Source: an uncultured Chloroflexia bacterium
GTDB lineage: Bacteria > Chloroflexota > Limnocylindria > Limnocylindrales > CSP1-4
Reading direction: 5' to 3'
DNA: 64,000 nucleotides
NCBI GenBank assembly: GCA_963828165.1
Contig: CAWHDR010000005.1
Coordinates: forward strand, 192,001-256,000
The position numbers and the translations under genes were made by a program. Positions 61,089 to 64,000 of the stretch are shown here, piece after piece. Below the pieces are notes generated by a model, which saw only the letters and a program-made list of their open reading frames with translations, had not been told where the DNA came from and searched no databases. Position 1 is the first letter of the stretch, and every line of letters starts with the position of its first letter.

Positions 61089-61496
61089 CTAGCGGTTGCG
61101 TCGCAGCCATTCCTCCGCCATCGCCACGTAGGCGTCGATCGCGGCGCCAATCGCTTCCGAGGATGGGGTCCATGTCGCTTGATCGGGATCGGCCAATCCG
61201 TCCAATTCTCGTTCGAGCCGATGGAATTCCGTCCAAACAGAGCCGCCGCGCACCCTGGCAAACACGGCTTCGCCAGCGTCGGTCAGGTCGAAGGCTGATC
61301 CCTGCTCGGACACCAAACCGGCGTAGATCAGCCGGTTGAGGCCGCCTCGCAACTCGTCCTCTGTCGGGATCGCGTGGTTGACCCCGTCGGCGGCGGCCAC
61401 GAGATCCGACAGGCCGACCGGGTCGGGATCTCTCGGCGAGACGGCGATCGCCTGGAACATCCATGCGTCCACGGTTCGCTGCTTCATCGCGGGCAT
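61089..61496 (-). CDS. Hypothetical protein (possible winged-helix fold)
   Basis: Plausible ORF (DLVAAADGVNHAIPT..EL..GL.RL...GLV); start uncertain. Confidence 0.6.
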   Translation of the reverse strand: MPAMKQRTVDAWMFQAIAVSPRDPDPVGLSDLVAAADGVNHAIPTEDELRGGLNRLIYAGLVSEQGSAFDLTDAGEAVFARVRGGSVWTEFHRLERELDGLADPDQATWTPSSEAIGAAIDAYVAMAEEWLRRNR

Positions 61497-61539
61497 TGTG
61501 ACCCTGAGCGCGGGCGTCCATCGCATCTAGACTGGCCGC

Positions 61540-63036
61540 ATGCCCACCAACCGTCCCAAGGCAGGCGGCGCGAAGCCCCAAACGCTGTTCCAACCGCCGC
61601 CTGGCGCGCAGCCGCTGGCCGCCCGGATGCGTCCGCGAAGCCTCGATGAGTTCGTCGGCCAGGGGCACCTCGTCGGCGAACGCGGTCCCTTGCGGCGCAG
61701 CATCGCGCGCGGTCATCTCGCGAGCCTCCTCCTGTGGGGTCCGCCCGGAACCGGCAAGACGAGCCTCGCGCGACTGCTGGCCGGCGAGATCGGCGCCCAT
61801 TTCTCGACCGTCTCCGCCGTCATGGCCGGTGTCGCCGACGTCCGCTCACTGATCGCCGAGGCACAGGATCGGATCGCCCTGCATGGCACTCGCACCGTGC
61901 TCTTCCTCGACGAGATCCATCGGTTCAACAAGGCTCAGCAGGACGCCCTCCTCCCCCATGTCGAGGACGGCACGATCACGCTGGTTGGCGCGACGACCGA
62001 GAACCCGTACTTCGAGGTCAACTCGGCGCTCCTGTCGCGGATGCGGGTATGGCGGCTGGAACCACTGAGCGACGAGGACGTCGCGACCGTCGTGCGCCGC
62101 GCGCTCGACGACGAGGAGCGCGGCCTCGCCGGATCCCTCGGACCTGAAGGTGGCGTCAGCCTCGGCCAAGACGCGTTCGATCATCTCGTCAGCCTGGCCG
62201 GTGGCGACGCGCGTGCGGCCTTGAATGTCCTGGAGGGCGCGACGGCTCTGGCGGAAGGCGAGGAGATCCGTGACAACGACGGCAAGGTTGCCCCGCGTCT
62301 CGAGGACATCGAGTCGGCCGCGCAACAGCGCGTCCTCGCCTACGACCGCGCCGGTGACGGTCACTACGACACCGTGTCAGCGTTCATCAAGAGCCTGCGC
62401 GGCAACGACCCGGACGCCGCGCTGTACTGGCTCGCGGCCATGATCGCGGCCGGCGAGGATCCTCGATTCATCGTCAGGCGGCTGATCATCAGCGCGTCGG
62501 AGGATGTCGGGAACGCCGATCCCAGGGCGCTCCAGGTGGCCGTCGCCGCGGCGCAGGCCCTCGACCACATCGGCCTGCCGGAGGCGCAGTACGCCATGGC
62601 CCAGGCGACCGTGTTCATCGCGCTATCGCCCAAGAGTGACTCCGTGGGACGCGCATACCTCGCCGCGATGGCCGACGTCATGCGGCTAGGGTCTCTGGCG
62701 GTGCCGAACCACCTGCGCACCGCGGGGGACCGGCGGATGAAGACCCACGGGATCGGTGTCGGCTACCTCTTCCCCCACGACTTCGAGGGCGATGACGTCG
62801 CGCAGCAGTACCTGCCCGACGAGCTGAAGGGCCAGCGCTACTACGTCCCGAACGACCAGGGTCACGAGGTCGCGATCGCGGCCAGGATGGCCGAGCGGGA
62901 GGCCGCACGGCAGGACAAGCCACGACGCAAGAAGCGATCGGATCCGCCAATGGCGTCGATGAGCGACGGCGTGAAGGGCAGCATGGAGAGCCGCAAGAAG
63001 CTGGCCGAGACCCAGAAGAAGGACGCGGGCACATAG
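61540..63036 (+). CDS. rarA: Replication-associated recombination protein A
   Basis: [45 protein letters not shown]. Confidence 0.95.
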   Translation: MPTNRPKAGGAKPQTLFQPPPGAQPLAARMRPRSLDEFVGQGHLVGERGPLRRSIARGHLASLLLWGPPGTGKTSLARLLAGEIGAHFSTVSAVMAGVADVRSLIAEAQDRIALHGTRTVLFLDEIHRFNKAQQDALLPHVEDGTITLVGATTENPYFEVNSALLSRMRVWRLEPLSDEDVATVVRRALDDEERGLAGSLGPEGGVSLGQDAFDHLVSLAGGDARAALNVLEGATALAEGEEIRDNDGKVAPRLEDIESAAQQRVLAYDRAGDGHYDTVSAFIKSLRGNDPDAALYWLAAMIAAGEDPRFIVRRLIISASEDVGNADPRALQVAVAAAQALDHIGLPEAQYAMAQATVFIALSPKSDSVGRAYLAAMADVMRLGSLAVPNHLRTAGDRRMKTHGIGVGYLFPHDFEGDDVAQQYLPDELKGQRYYVPNDQGHEVAIAARMAEREAARQDKPRRKKRSDPPMASMSDGVKGSMESRKKLAETQKKDAGT

Positions 63037-63129
63037 ACAGGCCCCGATGCCTCGACCTCGTCGCTTTGTAGGTAGGGTTTGAGTGCGGCGCGATCAGCTC
63101 GTCGTGTGTCGGGCCGCCGACCGACGCGC

Positions 63130-64000
63130 TCATTGTGGATCGTCGATCCCGATCCGCCACAGCGTGTCATCCGCGAAGTTCGCCACCCAGAGCGATCCGA
63201 ATGCCAGGGCCATGTCACCGCCACCTCCGGACGCGGGATACGTCGCCACGACCTCTCTCGTTCGTGTGTCGATCCTGGCGATGCTGTCGTCGGACGTTCG
63301 CAGCCAGATCGCGCCGTCCGCGGCGTCGATGTACAGATCCCAGTTCTGCGTCTGCTTGGTCAAGCCAAGATCTATCCGTTCCACGGCGTCGGTCGCCGGA
63401 TCGATCCGATAGACGCTGCCATCGGCGACGCTGCCGACCCAGATGGCGTCCTCACCGACAGCCATCATTCCTGAACCCTCGGTAGGCGGTCCGACCAGAA
63501 GCGTCGCTACGACCTCGTTCGTCTCGGGATCGATCCGCTGGACCGTCCCATCCGTCACGTTGCTCACCCACGCCGATCCGAATCCGTACGCCAGGTACGT
63601 AGGTCCCGCTCCCACGGGAATTCGCTCTGCAAGCTCGTACGTACCAAGGTCGAATCTGCCAATCGCACCCGGGGTCGAATATTCGAGGACGGCCCAGAGG
63701 GACTCGGCCCCGAACGCGACGGACAAGCCCGGCCACCGTTCAGAGCCAACCACCGCGTTGGTCAGCGGATCAACGCGGAAGGTGCTGTTGAAGTTGCCGC
63801 ACGAACTGACCCAGATCAGTTCGTCGCCGAAGGCCAGCTCGCCGCATTGCTCGGTCCCCATGACGATCTGTTCCTCGATCGCATTCGTGTGGGGGTCGAT
63901 GCGGTACAGGAGCGAGCCACGGTGCGATGCAACCCAGACGGACCCGTATCCGACGCCGACGGCGGTCGGCGCCCCACTCAACCTGATGACCTGGTCAACG
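63130..64000 (-). CDS. YncE/Vgb-like beta-propeller repeat protein (5' end beyond the window)
   Basis: Repeated G.GSVWV...RIDP.TN.V blades; frame appears open to the window edge. Confidence 0.75.
   Translation of the reverse strand, partial: VDQVIRLSGAPTAVGVGYGSVWVASHRGSLLYRIDPHTNAIEEQIVMGTEQCGELAFGDELIWVSSCGNFNSTFRVDPLTNAVVGSERWPGLSVAFGAESLWAVLEYSTPGAIGRFDLGTYELAERIPVGAGPTYLAYGFGSAWVSNVTDGTVQRIDPETNEVVATLLVGPPTEGSGMMAVGEDAIWVGSVADGSVYRIDPATDAVERIDLGLTKQTQNWDLYIDAADGAIWLRTSDDSIARIDTRTREVVATYPASGGGGDMALAFGSLWVANFADDTLWRIGIDDPQ

Overview
GC-rich bacterial DNA. The gene repertoire and the GAAC-N4-GTTC SOS box suggest Chloroflexota or a similar Terrabacteria lineage, by inference only. (1) 1-3990 holds a tandem array of at least two small integrase-less cassettes: a Zn-oxidoreductase cassette, and an HxlR regulator plus flavin monooxygenase cassette. 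They are delimited by three copies of the 5' half of a tRNA-Met(CAT) gene cut at the anticodon arm, flanked by conserved ~110-bp arms with inverted direct-repeat pairs. This looks like a tRNA-anchored, integron-like cassette accretion system and is the best novelty candidate. (2) 4-15 kb: core genes (GYD, VanW, YpfJ peptidase, carbonic anhydrase, flotillin/NfeD, FtsB-like, SOS-controlled MrfAB-like helicase/exonuclease). (3) ~15-45.8 kb: a 30-kb inositol/aminocyclitol catabolic island with iolD, iolB, two IolE-like, three Gfo/Idh/MocA, two DegT aminotransferases, polyamine-type and sugar ABC transporters, two LacI regulators with visible operators and a large CehA/McbA-like hydrolase. (4) 45.8-64 kb: housekeeping genes (ychF, murI, CpaE-like, agmatinase, M20 peptidase, UvrD-nuclease, rarA) and a highly structured ~400-nt intergenic region. 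Four genes carry single frameshifts, probably sequencing indels.
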